Shown: piece after piece, positions 36,536 to 49,440 of the stretch
How positions within the stretch are numbered: position 1 is the stretch's first letter
How the letters are laid out: the number at the start of each line of letters is the position of its first letter
Source: Octopus sinensis
Taxonomy: Eukaryota
Direction of reading: 5' to 3'
Assembly: GCF_006345805.1 (NCBI RefSeq)
Contig: NC_043010.1
Span: 17,608,001 to 17,672,000 of the forward strand
Length of the DNA stretch: 64,000 bases
Translations under genes and position numbers: made by a program
Notes under the pieces: model-generated
The model's database searches: none
What the model was told of the DNA's origin: nothing
What the model saw: the letters and a program-made list of their open reading frames with translations, nothing else

Positions 36536-37273
36536 ATACGTATATGTGCATGTGCATGCATCAGGACCAAACATATGCATATACGAGTACACTTGTGTGT
36601 GTGTGCATGTGTGTGTGTGTGCATGCGTGCATGTGTGTGTGTGTGCATGCATGTGTATGCATGTGAAAAAGTATGTTAGATTTACAAACAGAAGGAAAAT
36701 ATTTTCAATACATTATGTAGAATATATAAATTCTATTTTTGAAGATGAAATTATTTTGGCAGTTTCTCTGGCATTCAAGTTTCGTATACAACATTTGTTG
36801 AAACATGTTTGGCCCTGCAAGTGTTGCACCCAACACTCAAGCACCAAAGTTACTACTGGAATATTTCCAACTTAAAAAATAAATTAGATGCATGTCTGTA
36901 GGTGTTGTAGCCAGGATTAGAAACTCGTCTACTTGGGTCAATAGTTCTTCATTAACAACTGATGAAATTCTAAAAATGCTATTTCTTCAAAGAGACTTTT
37001 ACTTCTCACCATTCCTTGGATATCAATTGTACCACATTCTTCATTTTCTGCAGATTCTTAATGATAATTCCAATACCCTCACTGAAGATAACCCTGGTTT
37101 TATCTAATGTCAGATAGAATTAAGTTGGGTGCCCTTTACTTTGACTGTCTTTCACTAGAATTTGATTCTTGTGGAAATCTTAAAACCAAACGATATAAAA
37201 AGAGAAACAAATATTTATTCCATCAATTATTGAAAAGTTTCTTTTCTTGATATAATCCTAAATTAGCTCTCTT

Positions 37274-37688
37274 GGATCTTTTCGGTTTGAATGGCAGTTT
37301 TTCTAGCGGTGTCATATGAAATTGTCACCCATAATTATGACCCTAGTATCGATCTATTGCATTTCAATCTGTTTTAGGGTTAGGGTTAGGGAAGGGGGGA
37401 AGGGTATCTTCTTTCTTCACAAATGTAAATAAACCCAATCTGTTTCTTAAACGAGGGACATATTCACACGGCACAGAATGTTTTTTACCTCAATAGACAT
37501 CACTGATTGGTTGAAATTGCAGAAATTGAAGAAAAAAAACAACAAATATCTTACAAACTATAGAATTTTCTCAATAAAGCCAAGAGAAAAAGATGTTTTA
37601 TAAACACATTCTACCAGTATACGAAGTTTAAAATTTTTTAATTACCTAGAAATTATGTTAAAAACTGCCGTTCAGACCGAAAAGATCC
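37274..37688. mobile_element. MITE with 29-bp TIRs and 8-bp TSD (Merlin-like)
   Basis: TIR GGATCTTTTCGGT(T/C)TGAA(T/C)GGCAGTTTTT; TSD GCTCTCTT at 37266-37273 and 37689-37696; (TTAGGG)3 at 37374-37391. Confidence 0.88.
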
Positions 37689-37818
37689 GCTCTCTTAACT
37701 GCAACTACAATATACTGGTGCCGTGTCTGTTTCCATGCCAACAATCCTCTCAATGTGCCCCTCTTATAGAATCACTTCAGACATAATTCTGAATTTCAAA
37801 AAAACTACTAAAACTTAC

Positions 37819-37922
37819 AGTTTTCCGTATTTTTGAGTAATTTCCATGGTCCAGGTTCATATCTTCTTGTCAGACCCCAGAGAATTCATTAAAATCCACT
37901 GTTCTGAATATCATAGAGGCAT
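37819..37922 (-). pseudogene. Exon-like segment with splice consensus, all frames interrupted
   Basis: Acceptor TTCCTTTTCCAG and donor GTAAGT; stops in all three frames. Confidence 0.35.
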
Positions 37923-38277
37923 CTGGAAAAGGAATCAATATATTTTTCTGAAATTATTGCAAAATATTTTTGAATTTAACAAAAAAAAAAAAATTTGAGA
38001 CAATCAAAGTATGGATGTGAAATACCATTCTTTAATATTGGCAAAGGTCAAACTTGGAGAATTCCTGATTCCTGAAATTATCTCCCTTCCTCAAATGGAA
38101 CTGGCCTTAATTGTCATTTGGTTATTATGATACATCCCCAAGAGACAGAGAGAATTATCACAAATCAAGCATTTATGTTGTATGGTATTTGATGTACCTG
38201 TATTTGTCTATGGTGTTCAAATACATGCCACTGGCCATTCTAGAGTTATTTCTCTTATTATTCAAATTTCCTCGGAC

Positions 38278-38323
<46 letters not shown>

Positions 38324-38352
38324 ATCAAAATAAAAACATGATGCCAAGGATT

Positions 38353-38433
38353 CAGCGGTACATATGTTTCGGGCCTTTATTAGACAGATTTATAACAATG
38401 CATAATGTATGTATGTGGCCTTCTTCAGCCGTG
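38353..38433 (-). ncRNA. Hammerhead ribozyme-like motif
   Basis: CACGG / CTGAAGA / AGGCC..GGCCC / GAAA / CATATG / TA / CCGCTG. Confidence 0.7.
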
Positions 38434-39042
38434 CACAACAGCTTCCACAAGGACATGTGTTACATCAAAAATTCTTGGTTGGGGATGCAAATCCTCTCAT
38501 TCGCGTACGACATAATGCGGCAACAGCATAGAATTGAAGCGTCCATCTCTTTCTTCTCTCACCACCTACACCACCAAACGGTATACACAGGTGCTTATAA
38601 TTATCAAGTACTCACCCCGAATTTCTATATATATATATATATATATATATTTTTATTTATATTTTTGTATAAGTCTCAGTCTCTTGGCTCCTGGAGATGA
38701 GGCAGGACAATTGTGCTGCTGCTGATGATGACTGATGAGTCTGGAACATGGGACCACGACTGTCCTCTTATCATCTGATCTTTTTGTTACTAGCGTATCA
38801 ACTTTAGAGAATTCTTGAACCTTTAAATTATCTCCCATTCTCAAGTGGAACTGGTTATAATTGTCATTTATTAATTATGAAACATCGTTAGAGGCATAAA
38901 TAATTTTAATAAATCGAGAATTTATGCTATATGGTATTTGATATACCTGTATTTGTCTATTATGTATGTGCATATGTGTGTGTGTATATATATATATATA
39001 TAAACACACACACACATATACATATATGTATGTATGTATGTG

Positions 39043-39076
<34 letters not shown>

Positions 39077-40016
39077 TACATATATACATGTATGTATGTA
39101 TGTATGTATGTATATATGTATGTATGTATGTATGTATGTGTGTGTGTGTGTGTATGTATGTATGCATGCATGCATGTATATGCTAATTATACAAGCAATT
39201 TGATTTCTGCTTGTTAGTAAATTCTCCACAAATGTAGGAATATTCCTTTATAACTTCTAAGGAGCAAACTGTCTATTGTACCAGTCCAAATTCTTTGGTA
39301 CAACATTGTAATATTCCCGGAATGTCTGAATGTATTAATTATTAATTATGTGAAAGTAAAATTCTGGAATGAGAAAGCCTGATGCCGTAATATCTAAGAG
39401 AATAATTTTTTAGAATAACTTCAATGACCTTAAATTGCTCAAAATTTTAGAAAAATTAAAACACAGCAATTAAGTTTGATTAGATTTGTTTTTTTATATA
39501 GAATGTCTCCATTTCTTTTTACTGATTTAAAGAACAACATAGAATAAATTGTTCAATATCAAAGTGAAAATAAAGAGGAAATTAAGTATTTTATAGATTT
39601 AATGGAAAAAATATGAACAAATTGAAAATGGATCTGAACAATCATCATCATCATTATTATTTAATGTCTGTTTCCCATACTGGTATTGGTTGGACAGTTT
39701 GAAAAGAGTCAGCAAATCAGAAGGCTGTACCAAACTCTGCTGTCTGCTCTGGCATCGTTTCTATGGCTGGATGCCCTTCCAAATGCCAACCACTTTACAG
39801 GATGGTCTAGGTGCTCTTTTCCTTGGCACCAGCACTGTGTGAGGTCACCAAGTACTTTGCGAGACAAAGACCTACAACTGAGAGGAGGGATTCTACTGAG
39901 ACGGGGGTGTTTTGTGGCTGGGAATGAGAGATGAAATCATGATAGGACAGAAGCAGGTGTCTTTCTGTAGAGGAAATACATAGTTTATCCCAGTTGGAAA
40001 AAAGAGAGACAAAGAA

Positions 40017-40048
<32 letters not shown>

Positions 40049-40689
40049 GAAGAAGGTAATGGTGAAGATGTGTGTTGTGATGAGAGTTATGACACCCCCC
40101 TCTCAAGAAATAGATTGGTCCAAGCAATTATAAATAGTAGAGGTTGGAATGAAGTTTGCGTGTTAGTTCAACCTGAACTTGCACCGAAACTGTAAGTTGT
40201 TCTAATGGTAGTCATTCGAATTACTGTGTGTTGGTCCCGTCACTAGAATGTGGTAAGGATTTGATTCCCCTGCTCACAATATATCAGCTACAGCTGTGCA
40301 GTGTTAACCAGTTAGAGGAGATGTCTTCTTGGGGTCAAAAATCACAGTTAAGTCTGTTTGAACAAAAAACAAGAGTGCTGTGTGCAACAAACAATAGTAC
40401 CTAAGAGTCAGGCAACAATTACGTTACAACATCTGGCAACAAGGGTTTCAAAGCTCATCTAGGTTATTTAACCAATTTGTTCATGACACAACTTGTTAAA
40501 TGATGGAAGACCTATTAGTTCCTATAATACAGTTGCAAGAGTAAGAACAAGAACAACAACAGGATTTGCAGAAGCAACTAGTACAGCAACAACAATTATT
40601 GGAGCTATATGCCAAGAAGTCAGAAAATTTGGTAAGTTCATTTTCACCAGGGGCACATCAAACTCCATAACAGAATTCAGTTATAACCC

Positions 40690-41690
40690 AGAGTAAATAT
40701 AACTTTTGCAGCATACTACAAAAGGTACAAGGAGATTTTTAAGGAAGATTGCGAAACATGGTTGGATAAAGAAAAAGTAAGGTCTGAGCATGAACAATAC
40801 TGTAATTTCATATTGCCTAAAAAGTCTAATGAAATTGTTTTCAGGGAACAATCAAATTATTGTCTAACATGTTCGGTGATAAAACTTCTCTATTTAACAA
40901 TTGAATGGAGTGTTGGAATTTAACTAAAAAAAAAAGGGATGATGACTTTATTATGCATGAAGGAACAGTCAACAGAATGTGTGAAAGTTTTAAGCTTAAG
41001 AACTTACTCCTGAGATGTTTAAGTGCCTCATTTTTGTATAAGGCTTTACAGCAAATGAAGATACAGTAATATGGGCAAGAATTCTTTCAAAACTTGAACA
41101 AGTGAACTAAGATTTAACCCTGCAGATTGTTGCAGAAGAGTGTCAAAGGATGGTAAACCTGAATCATGACATAAGAAAAATTCAAGAAAAAGATTTCGCA
41201 AAAACACAGATATGTCAACCGAGAAAGTATAACCAAAAAAGATTGCTGGGTTTTAATCCATGTTACAGATGTGGAGGGCTACATTTCAAAAAAGATTGTC
41301 TTTTTTAAAACTAAAAAAAGTAAAAAAATTTGGACACAAGAGTTCACACTGCAGAACAAAAGTCTCACGGTCAAATGCAGGAAGTAAAATCGATTCCCAA
41401 ATAAGGAAATTTGTATAAGTAAAAGTAAACGGACAAAATCTTAAATTACAACTGGATCCTGGTAGTGACATTTCAATCATTAACACCGACATGTGGAAGA
41501 AAATAGGGAAAGGTATGTTAAGAAAAACAGCAAAGACTGCACATGACAGGTGACAAACTGCACTTTGTAGGTGAAATGTGGAATGATGTCACACTTCAAG
41601 GAAAAACTTGCAAAAGTTTTCATTGTAAAGAATGCAACCAATCTATTTGGTACTGACTGGTTGGAATTATTTGACTTATGGATTTCCTAA
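40690..41690 (+). pseudogene. Gypsy gag, zinc knuckle and aspartic protease remnants
   Basis: FAAYYKRYKEIF, CYRCGG, KVNGQNLKLQLDPGSDISII. Confidence 0.8.
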
Positions 41691-41859
41691 TAAACCAGTA
41701 TTGTAAAAAATTAAATGGCTGCCTCACCAATGAAGCGTTATGTGTAATGTTATTCACAAACTGCCAGAGACAGCGTATGAAATAAAAATGAAATCCACAG
41801 AGGTTAATTACAAGACTAAAAGAAAAATGTTGAAAAATTAGCAAAATAAAAATACAAAT

Positions 41860-42970
41860 TTGAATAATTTTTCACTATGCAACAATGTTTTAATGTGCAC
41901 GCAAAGAGTAGTTGTATCATCTGCATTACAGAAACAAGTATTGCAAAGATTCCACAGTGGACACCCGAGAATGTCAAGAATGAAAGCCTTAATGGGAAGC
42001 TTTGTATATTGGCCAACAATGGACCAGAACATTGAAAATTGTGTAAAATCATATAAAGGTTGTACACTAGCAACCAAAGCACCAATGATGAAATACCAAT
42101 CATGGCCTGAAACAGATAATCTGTGGTCCACAATATTGATATTAATTACGCTGGACTGGTGAATGGTGCATACTATCTAATCATTGTTGATAGTGGTATA
42201 GTGGTACAAAGTGGCCAGAGGTATGCAGGTGCAATAAACCAACCACAAAAACAACAATAAAGATCCTGTATGAATTACTTGCCTGATACGGTGTTCCAGA
42301 CATGTTGGTGTCAGATAACGCAACACATTTTACAGGTTATGAATTCAAAAATTTCTGCAAAATACATGCAAAAAAGCATATTTTTATCCCACCCTACCAC
42401 CCAAGATCAAACGGGCAGGTAGAAAGATTCGTTGATATATTCAAGCAAGCATTAAAAAAAAGCAAGGAATGACATAGTTAATGACCAGGTGCTAACAAAA
42501 TTCTTGAGGATATATATAGTAATGCCCAATCCAAATACCAGTTCAGGAAAATCACTGGCAGAGTTAATGTTTGCACAAAAAATAAAATCGATCTTCAATG
42601 AATTATAAAAAATATATATTTCCCTAGGAAAAAATATATTTAAAGGAAATATAGAAAATACAACAAAGCATTTCGAAGTAGGAAATAAAGTTCATTTTAA
42701 AATTTACAAAAATGGTAAAGAAGACTGGGAGGATGGTTTTGTAACTAAAAGATTAGGAAACATGATATATGTAATCAAAGGACAACATTGGGAACGTAAG
42801 ACACACCTAAACCAATTAAAGACGAGACATACTGATGAACGAAAGGAAACACCAATGGAAGTCTACTATGACATGTCTGAGGTGCCAGCACGAAAAGAGA
42901 TTGAGCCTCATAGAAGCAGCAGCAGAAAAAGGAAACAGACTATACTCTTAGAAGTAATGCCAAAACGAAA
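41860..42970 (+). pseudogene. Gypsy integrase remnant
   Basis: FHSGHPRMSRM..VYWPTMDQNIENCVKSYKGC; VSDNATHFTG; PPYHPRSNGQVERF. Confidence 0.88.
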
Positions 42971-43489
42971 AAGATATTAGATTTCTAAAGAAAAAAAAGA
43001 AGGGAAGTGCTGGAAAAAGAAAAGGAAAAATAAAATGAATTTCACTTCTCAAGTCGAAATCTCAAAAAGGGGAGATGTGATGAGAGTCATGACACCTCCT
43101 TGTGAGAAATAGATTGATCCAAGCAATTATAAATAGCAGCAGTATGAGTGAGTAGACAGTTTGTGTCGGAGTGAAGTTTGTGTGTTAATTTGAGTTGAGT
43201 TCACAGTGAATTTGGAAGGTGTTGGTTGGTTAGTTTGTTTGGAATATTGATTGTTGGATTGTTACATTGTTATTATGGCTGCATTGTTATCTTGTTTACT
43301 GTTACAACACTGGCACAATGTATCTAAACCATCTGTCATAATATCACGGCAGTACCACGATGTGGGAAACGGAAGCTACAATGTGTCGGGGTGTATCCAA
43401 TTTAAACTGAAATGGCTTCAGGTAACCACTATAGTAATCAAGCTGTCAAGAGAAAAGCACCAGTTGTCCACTGTTAGGGTCATTGTAAG

Positions 43490-43687
43490 AGTCAATCTAT
43501 TACAAAGACAGTTTGTAGAGACAGCCCACTCTATGGAGTGGTTGATGTTAGAAAGGGCATCCAGCCATAAAATCCATGTCAAAACGCACTCAAAAGTATG
43601 GTGCAGGCTCCTGCCTGGCTGGAACCTGTCAAACCGTCCAACCCATGACAGCATGGAAAATGGACATTAAATGATGATGATGATGAG
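43490..43687 (+). mobile_element. RTE 3' end fragment
   Basis: AACCCATGACAGCATGGAAAATGGAC plus (GAT)n. Confidence 0.78.
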
Positions 43688-44584
43688 TTTATTCCTTAAC
43701 TTATTGATGGTATCTTATGGTATGTTGTCTGTTGGCTTTGCAAAGAAAATTATTCTTGGTTGCTATGGAAATAAGGACATATATCACACAGTAAAAAAGC
43801 TGTGTAGTCTTTGTGGCAAAAAACAACAACCGCATTGTTGTTGTTGCTGTCAATACTGGCTGAACTAATCTATAATCGCAGGAGTATGGTTATCCTTTTT
43901 GTTTAAGGTGTAATACAACCAGGTCTACATAAACCGCTATCTTGCTCTTTTGAGACAGCAGCATTTGAATTTAGGAAGAATTGGTTCATTCTTTATATAA
44001 GAACCATTTGTTACGTTCCACCAACAGATCTAATAATGGCTTCCAATTTAAGCACTTTATGTCACTGCCCTTAAAAGGATGAAAAAGCAAAGCTGACATT
44101 GACAGAATTTGAACTCAGAATCTGTAGAGGTGGTATAAATACTGTCCAGTCCACCTCTTTTGTATTTGTTTCCCTGAAGGCAGAAAATGGTTTTTGCTCT
44201 TTGGTTAAGTTTGTGTTGTTCTTGCAACAGGCCATTCTCTGATGTAACCATTCTTCTGATTTGTGACTCTAATTTGAAATAAAACGTATCATCACAAAGT
44301 CATTTATTTGACTAAATTCTATTAAATTCTTGATTCTATTCAGAGTCAATTGAAAATGATGAACAATGTATTTCGCAAAAGATATTGTTGTGAAATGGTT
44401 AAAGTCTGAAGGTTTTTATCAGTAAACACCATAGTTTAGTAATATGAACATCAAACTAAATACTGTCCAACAAAAATTTGTGGGTTAAGTCTAAAGTTGT
44501 GGTCCTTAACAATAAATGGATGACTGATGGTAAGGATACTGTCATATCTTCTACAAAGGATTGTCCTCCAAAAATATACTGATT

Positions 44585-44790
44585 TCCCATTTAGACACAA
44601 GGCCAGTAATTTCAGAGGCAGGGGAGGGGGGGATGAAGTCGATTACATCAACCCCAGTGTTTGACTGGGACTTACTTTATCAACCCCCAAAAGGATGAAA
44701 GGCAAGGTTGACCTCGGGGGAATTTGAACTCAGGACATAATGATGGATGAAATTCCACTAAGCATTTTCCCCAGCAACACTGCCGCCTCA
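44585..44790 (-). mobile_element. SINE family A copy
   Basis: Reverse-complement core at about 44690. Confidence 0.8.
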
Positions 44791-45734
44791 CAGCCCTTCC
44801 AAAATATATTGGTGGATGACATCTTAGACCCTCTCCTGTGAAAATGGCACTGATGAAATTATCAATAGCATATATTTTATCCCCTCCTTTGTATCTTTGA
44901 GTCCATCAGACTTGTGAAAATGTTACATTCTTATTTTAGGAGGAAGATACATCGTCTAAAGGGAGGAGGTGTTCTCTGGTGGCAAAAGACAACAGGAATC
45001 AGTATTCACATTGGAATCTACCAAAACATTGAAAATGAATCGATATATTTTGATTTGGGTTGTTGCTATTTTGTAGGCATCTTGTGAATGGCTAAATTTT
45101 AAAAACTTTTGAAAAAGGTTTAGATTCTTGTGTGTAGGAGCTGCACCGTCCTAGATGTGTGAAGAATATATTCTTACTTTTGTGATTTCTAAGAGTTGGT
45201 TATTGTTCAAAGCTGAAATGTTTTATGGTCTTCGAGGGAATTTTGGTAATGCTTGCTGAATACACAGTTTTAATGTTGATTCCTGCATATTAGATATTTG
45301 AAACAATCTTCATAGACGCTTCTTTACCAATTCCTCATCACAATCAATCTCAGAAATACTGGCTCTAACAGTCCATGGAGTCAGTTTGGTGAGGTTTTTT
45401 TAAGGGTTTTCTCAATGACAGGGCTGCGCTAAGGACATTTTCAGGTCTCCAAGACTTGGTGAAATCAATAAAGTTTGATGTTCATCTTCAACAATTTCAA
45501 ATTGATTGCAGCAAGAAAAATATGAGCAGGGAGAGAATTCTAGAAAAGTGACTTTCTTGTTAATGAAGAACTGAGGAAAATGGTTGCAGATGTAAACAAA
45601 CCAACACCAGTTGTTAAACATCAGGGGTACAAACAGAGACCTACACACGCATACAAAAAGACACACAGACATATACATATATAAATGCTTACTGTAAACA
45701 AAATAAGAGTTTGTGGCATTTCATTACATAATCA

Positions 45735-45945
45735 GTTAAAAAAAACGTAATAAATGCACAAACAAATGGCAGTAGGTCACCAAATTCTCATCAGTTATCG
45801 GTCAGCGGGTCAAACACCATTATTTGTCTTCAAATCATTGAAGGCGTGAAACTGAGTTTGTCCCTCTGACCGATAACTGATGAGAATTAGGTGACCTTCA
45901 ATGTCTGTCTTCCATTTGTTTGTGCATTTATTATGTTTTTTTAAC
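45735..45945. repeat. Fold-back with HHR 3'-half remnant; left arm repeated at about 47070-47220
   Basis: Imperfect inverted arms; spacer has CTTCAA-ATCA-TTGAAG..GAAACTGAGTT. Confidence 0.7.
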
Positions 45946-45997
45946 TTACACACAAACACACACATACACACACACATACTTATTCACACACATATAT

Positions 45998-46039
<42 letters not shown>

Positions 46040-46922
46040 TTTGTGCATCCAACCTAACTTGGGTGTGTTGTTAAGAACACAACACTGTAGACTTTGGTAA
46101 TCATCTCATGGATTTTAAGGGCTAAAAAATTGCACAGATTATATTGGTTGATGTAATTTCATCAGCACCAGTGGATGGGACAGGTGTATTCTCCCATTTA
46201 GTGTAGCTCTCACCACCTGGTTTTCGTCAAATCCCTGACTGTTTAGTCAGAGATAAACTACATCAGCTTTGACGGATTTTTGATTTGGTATTTGATGCTT
46301 GGGTGCCTGTTGTTGATGCAGAATTTATGGCAAAAGATACTGTCAGCCTGTTGTGTGGAATGGAAAATCCAATATTTCAAACAAAGTCCTTCTTCAGGGA
46401 AAAGTTAACAAGAGAAAAATTAATAAAGCTTCCGCAATCCTGCATTCCTTATGAGCTGCAGCCTGTTTTTTTTTTTTTTTCTTTAACTTCTGGGATGTAA
46501 AACTCTGCTGTCTCCCATTTACTTCTCTCCTTTCAACTTTTCCCTGGAAAAGGATTGTGTCTGAAATATTGGACTTTTTTCACTCCTCACAACACGTTCA
46601 CTCTATTCTTAATTGATTCTACTAAATGACAGTCTGGCAAATGACAGTCTACACAGGCAGAGGCAAGTTCTATTATAGTAATAAGCAGCTTGAGAATGAT
46701 TAAAAAAGAAGATGCAGACCAAACCATAAGCAAAGCTCTATGATGTAGGAATAGATGTTCAACCTATGGAGCAAAGCATCCTTAAGCACTACCAATATAT
46801 TATTTAGAAGACTACTTACAATACCATGTAGAACACTGCAAACCCAAAGTTCACATAGATGTAATTGGTTACATACGGAAAGCAAACAATAAAAACACCA
46901 CCATTAGAAAATATTATTATCA

Positions 46923-46956
<34 letters not shown>

Positions 46957-47218
46957 ATAGTCTTAGTTTTATCACATGCTTTCACTGCACTACTGAGCCT
47001 CTGAGGGCCTTGGATATGTGCTGTAGTTTGTTGTGATGCTCTTATTGTTAGTGTATTGAAAATTTATAAATGCTTACTGTAGACAAAATAAGAGTTTGTG
47101 GCATTTCATTACATAATAAGTTAAAAAAACATAATAAATGCACAGAAAAATGGAAAACAGACACAGAAGGTCACTAAATTCTCATCCATTATCAGCCAGA
47201 GGGTCCTCAAACACCATT

Positions 47219-47585
47219 ATTACCTCCGCCTTAGCGAGGGCAGAGGTATTGTTTTCAGTCGTGTTTGTTTGTTGTTTGTCCATGGACAAGATATCTCAAG
47301 AACTGCTGGATGGATTCAGATGGAACTTTCAGGGATGTTTGGCCTCATGACTGCCATGAGCTGATTAGATTTTGGGATCAATCAGGTATCAGAGAATTCT
47401 GGATTATTTTCCTGCTTTTTTTACTTAATTATTGAGAGTGGTCGGGTTCATTTTTAGTATTGTCGTTTGTGAGAGCAGTCGAGTTTATTTAAGATATTCT
47501 CATTTTAAAAATCATCTCTGGCTAATCATTGAGAGGACATTGGTGTTGCCTTGGCAGAGGTTTGTGCTCTCTGAGTGCTCTTGTT
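47219..47585 (+). mobile_element. Helentron-associated (HINE/DINE-1-type) element
   Basis: 5' ACCTCCGCC plus nearby inverted GGCAGAGGT, (GTTT)n, 3' subTIR GGCAGAGGT at 47553-47561, short stem-loop, ends in TTGTT. Confidence 0.7.
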
Positions 47586-47598
47586 ATCATCATCATCA

Positions 47599-47630
<32 letters not shown>

Positions 47631-47779
47631 GAGTGAGAGAGCAGTGCATGCCATAAAATTGACACTGGAGTAAAATATATGAAGCCCAGTATACCCATCT
47701 GATAAGGGTACACCAGGCACATGCATCACAACCATATGTGCATGACATGGTGATCTCATATCAAGATAAACAGTGCATG
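47631..47779 (-). mobile_element. 3' part of the 560-bp (AAT)n-bounded element
   Basis: Reverse complement of about 16000-16154; abuts (ATT)n. Confidence 0.85.
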
Positions 47780-47837
47780 GAATTTGAACTCAGAACATTA
47801 AACACAAATAATAACAACAACAACAATAATAATAATA

Positions 47838-47868
<31 letters not shown>

Positions 47869-47873
47869 TAATA

Positions 47874-49440
47874 CTTCACCAACAGATAATGTGCGCAGTG
47901 AGAACAGAAAATGAAAGTCAGCAGTGAAGACATTGAACAAAGTGAAAATTTAAATGCATTCTCAGCAAATGAAGCAGAAGTCATAGGAAGAACTATATCA
48001 CAAGAATATGATGATGAACAACAAGACACAGTGAGGATGCTGTGCCAATATATTAGAGAAAACCAGGATCAAACATCCCCCAACCTGAGGTACACTGATC
48101 GATGCTAGCTCAAGGTTGAAACCGAAAAGATAGATTCGATCCTTGGGTTATTATAGACGAGAAATATAACTGAAGCTTACAAGATTATTTGGGCTGCAGC
48201 TATGGTAGCTGCAGATAGAATTGGATACAAAAGAAAAGAACAAACGGAATGTAAAGAACCATACTGGTGTTGACGAATTCGTGGGAATCAAAGTTAAAAA
48301 GACTTTTAAGATAAGTTGATAGATTGAGAAGAAGGGAATTGCAGAAAGAAAGCATAAGAATAATGCTGGGAAGAACATTTAGAATAAGAGATAAAGGTTA
48401 TGATGTGATATTGGAAGAATTGAAACAAAGAGTAGGAGCAATCAAAGCAAAACTAGAAAGATATGACAATAGAAAAAGACAGTTCAGGTAAAACAGTTTG
48501 TTTGAAGCAAATCAAATGAAACTGTTTCAGGAACTTGATGGGCAAATACACGTAACAATGATACCAGATGCAAAGGAAAGCAAGGCATTCTGGAGAGGGA
48601 TCTGGGACCAAATTGTAGAGCATAATGATGAAGCAAAGTGGCTGCATGAAATCCAAGATAGGTTAAGAAATATAGAAGTCCAAGAAGACATAAAGATAAC
48701 AGCAGAAATGATAAAATAGGAGTTTAAAAAATTCCCAAATCAGAAGAGCCTGGAACTGGATGGGGTCCAAGGTTATTGGCTGAAGAAGCTGGGAGGGTTC
48801 CACGAAAGGATAGCAGAAGAGTTAAATGAGTGCTTGCAGGAAGGGTGCAGTACCCAGGTGGATGACAAAGGGAAAGACATTGTTATGTGCCAAGGGTCCT
48901 GAAAAGGGAAATGTTGCATCCAACTTTACACCAATAACATGCCTTCCGCTCATATGGAAACTAACATCAGGTGCTTTGGCCAGTGAACTGTACAGATACT
49001 TGGGAAACAAGTGGGCTGCTTCCCATTGAACAGAATGGATGCCGGAAAAGGAGCTGGGGAATGAAGGATCAACTCTTAATTGATAAAGAACAAGAAAAGA
49101 TTGAAAAATACAAACTACTAAAAGATGAGATCACAAGAATGTGGACAATGAGAAGAGTGTCTGTCATTCCAGTAGTTGTAGCATCAAGTTGGAGAAATAT
49201 GTCAGAGAAATCAGAATTGACTTGAGAACAGAGCAAGCCCCTAAAACTTCTCTGATAGGGACAGCTAGGATTTTGAGATTGGTACTTGGATGCGGAATGT
49301 CTCCCAAAATAATTAACAACCAAGTATCAAAGCTTATAATGTGTGGAAAGAGAGCCTGTGAGACATCTGACAGAAGACTGCTGTCTGCTCTCACCAGAAT
49401 CAACCAGAGTAAACAAGATCGAGCACTCTAAGAAGTAAAA
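47874..49440 (+). mobile_element. R4/Dong-like retrotransposon with internal deletion
   Basis: N-terminal region and RT start (TPITCLPLIWKL, EQNGCRK, DQLLIDK) fused directly to RLE end (EQEKIEKYKLLKDE); 3' UTR like 12850-12995. Confidence 0.85.

Larger units (their letters stand above)
40076..43381 (+). mobile_element. Ty3/Gypsy LTR retrotransposon, decayed, RT and RNase H deleted
   Basis: 5' LTR 40076-40431 (TG..CA), PBS-like TGGCAACAAGG at 40434, PPT AAAAAGGGGAGA at 43064-43075, 3' LTR from 43076; possible TSD TGTGT. Confidence 0.88.

Noticed and set aside
37374-37391. Chromosome end or telomere fusion
   Set aside because: Only three repeats, enclosed within a MITE with TIRs and TSD.
37819-37922. 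In-frame TGA as selenocysteine
   Set aside because: Neighbouring exon-like segments also contain TAA and TAG stops; no SECIS identified.
46364-46580. Imperfect inverted repeat of about 60 bp
   Set aside because: Too degenerate; no TSD or second copy found to classify it.
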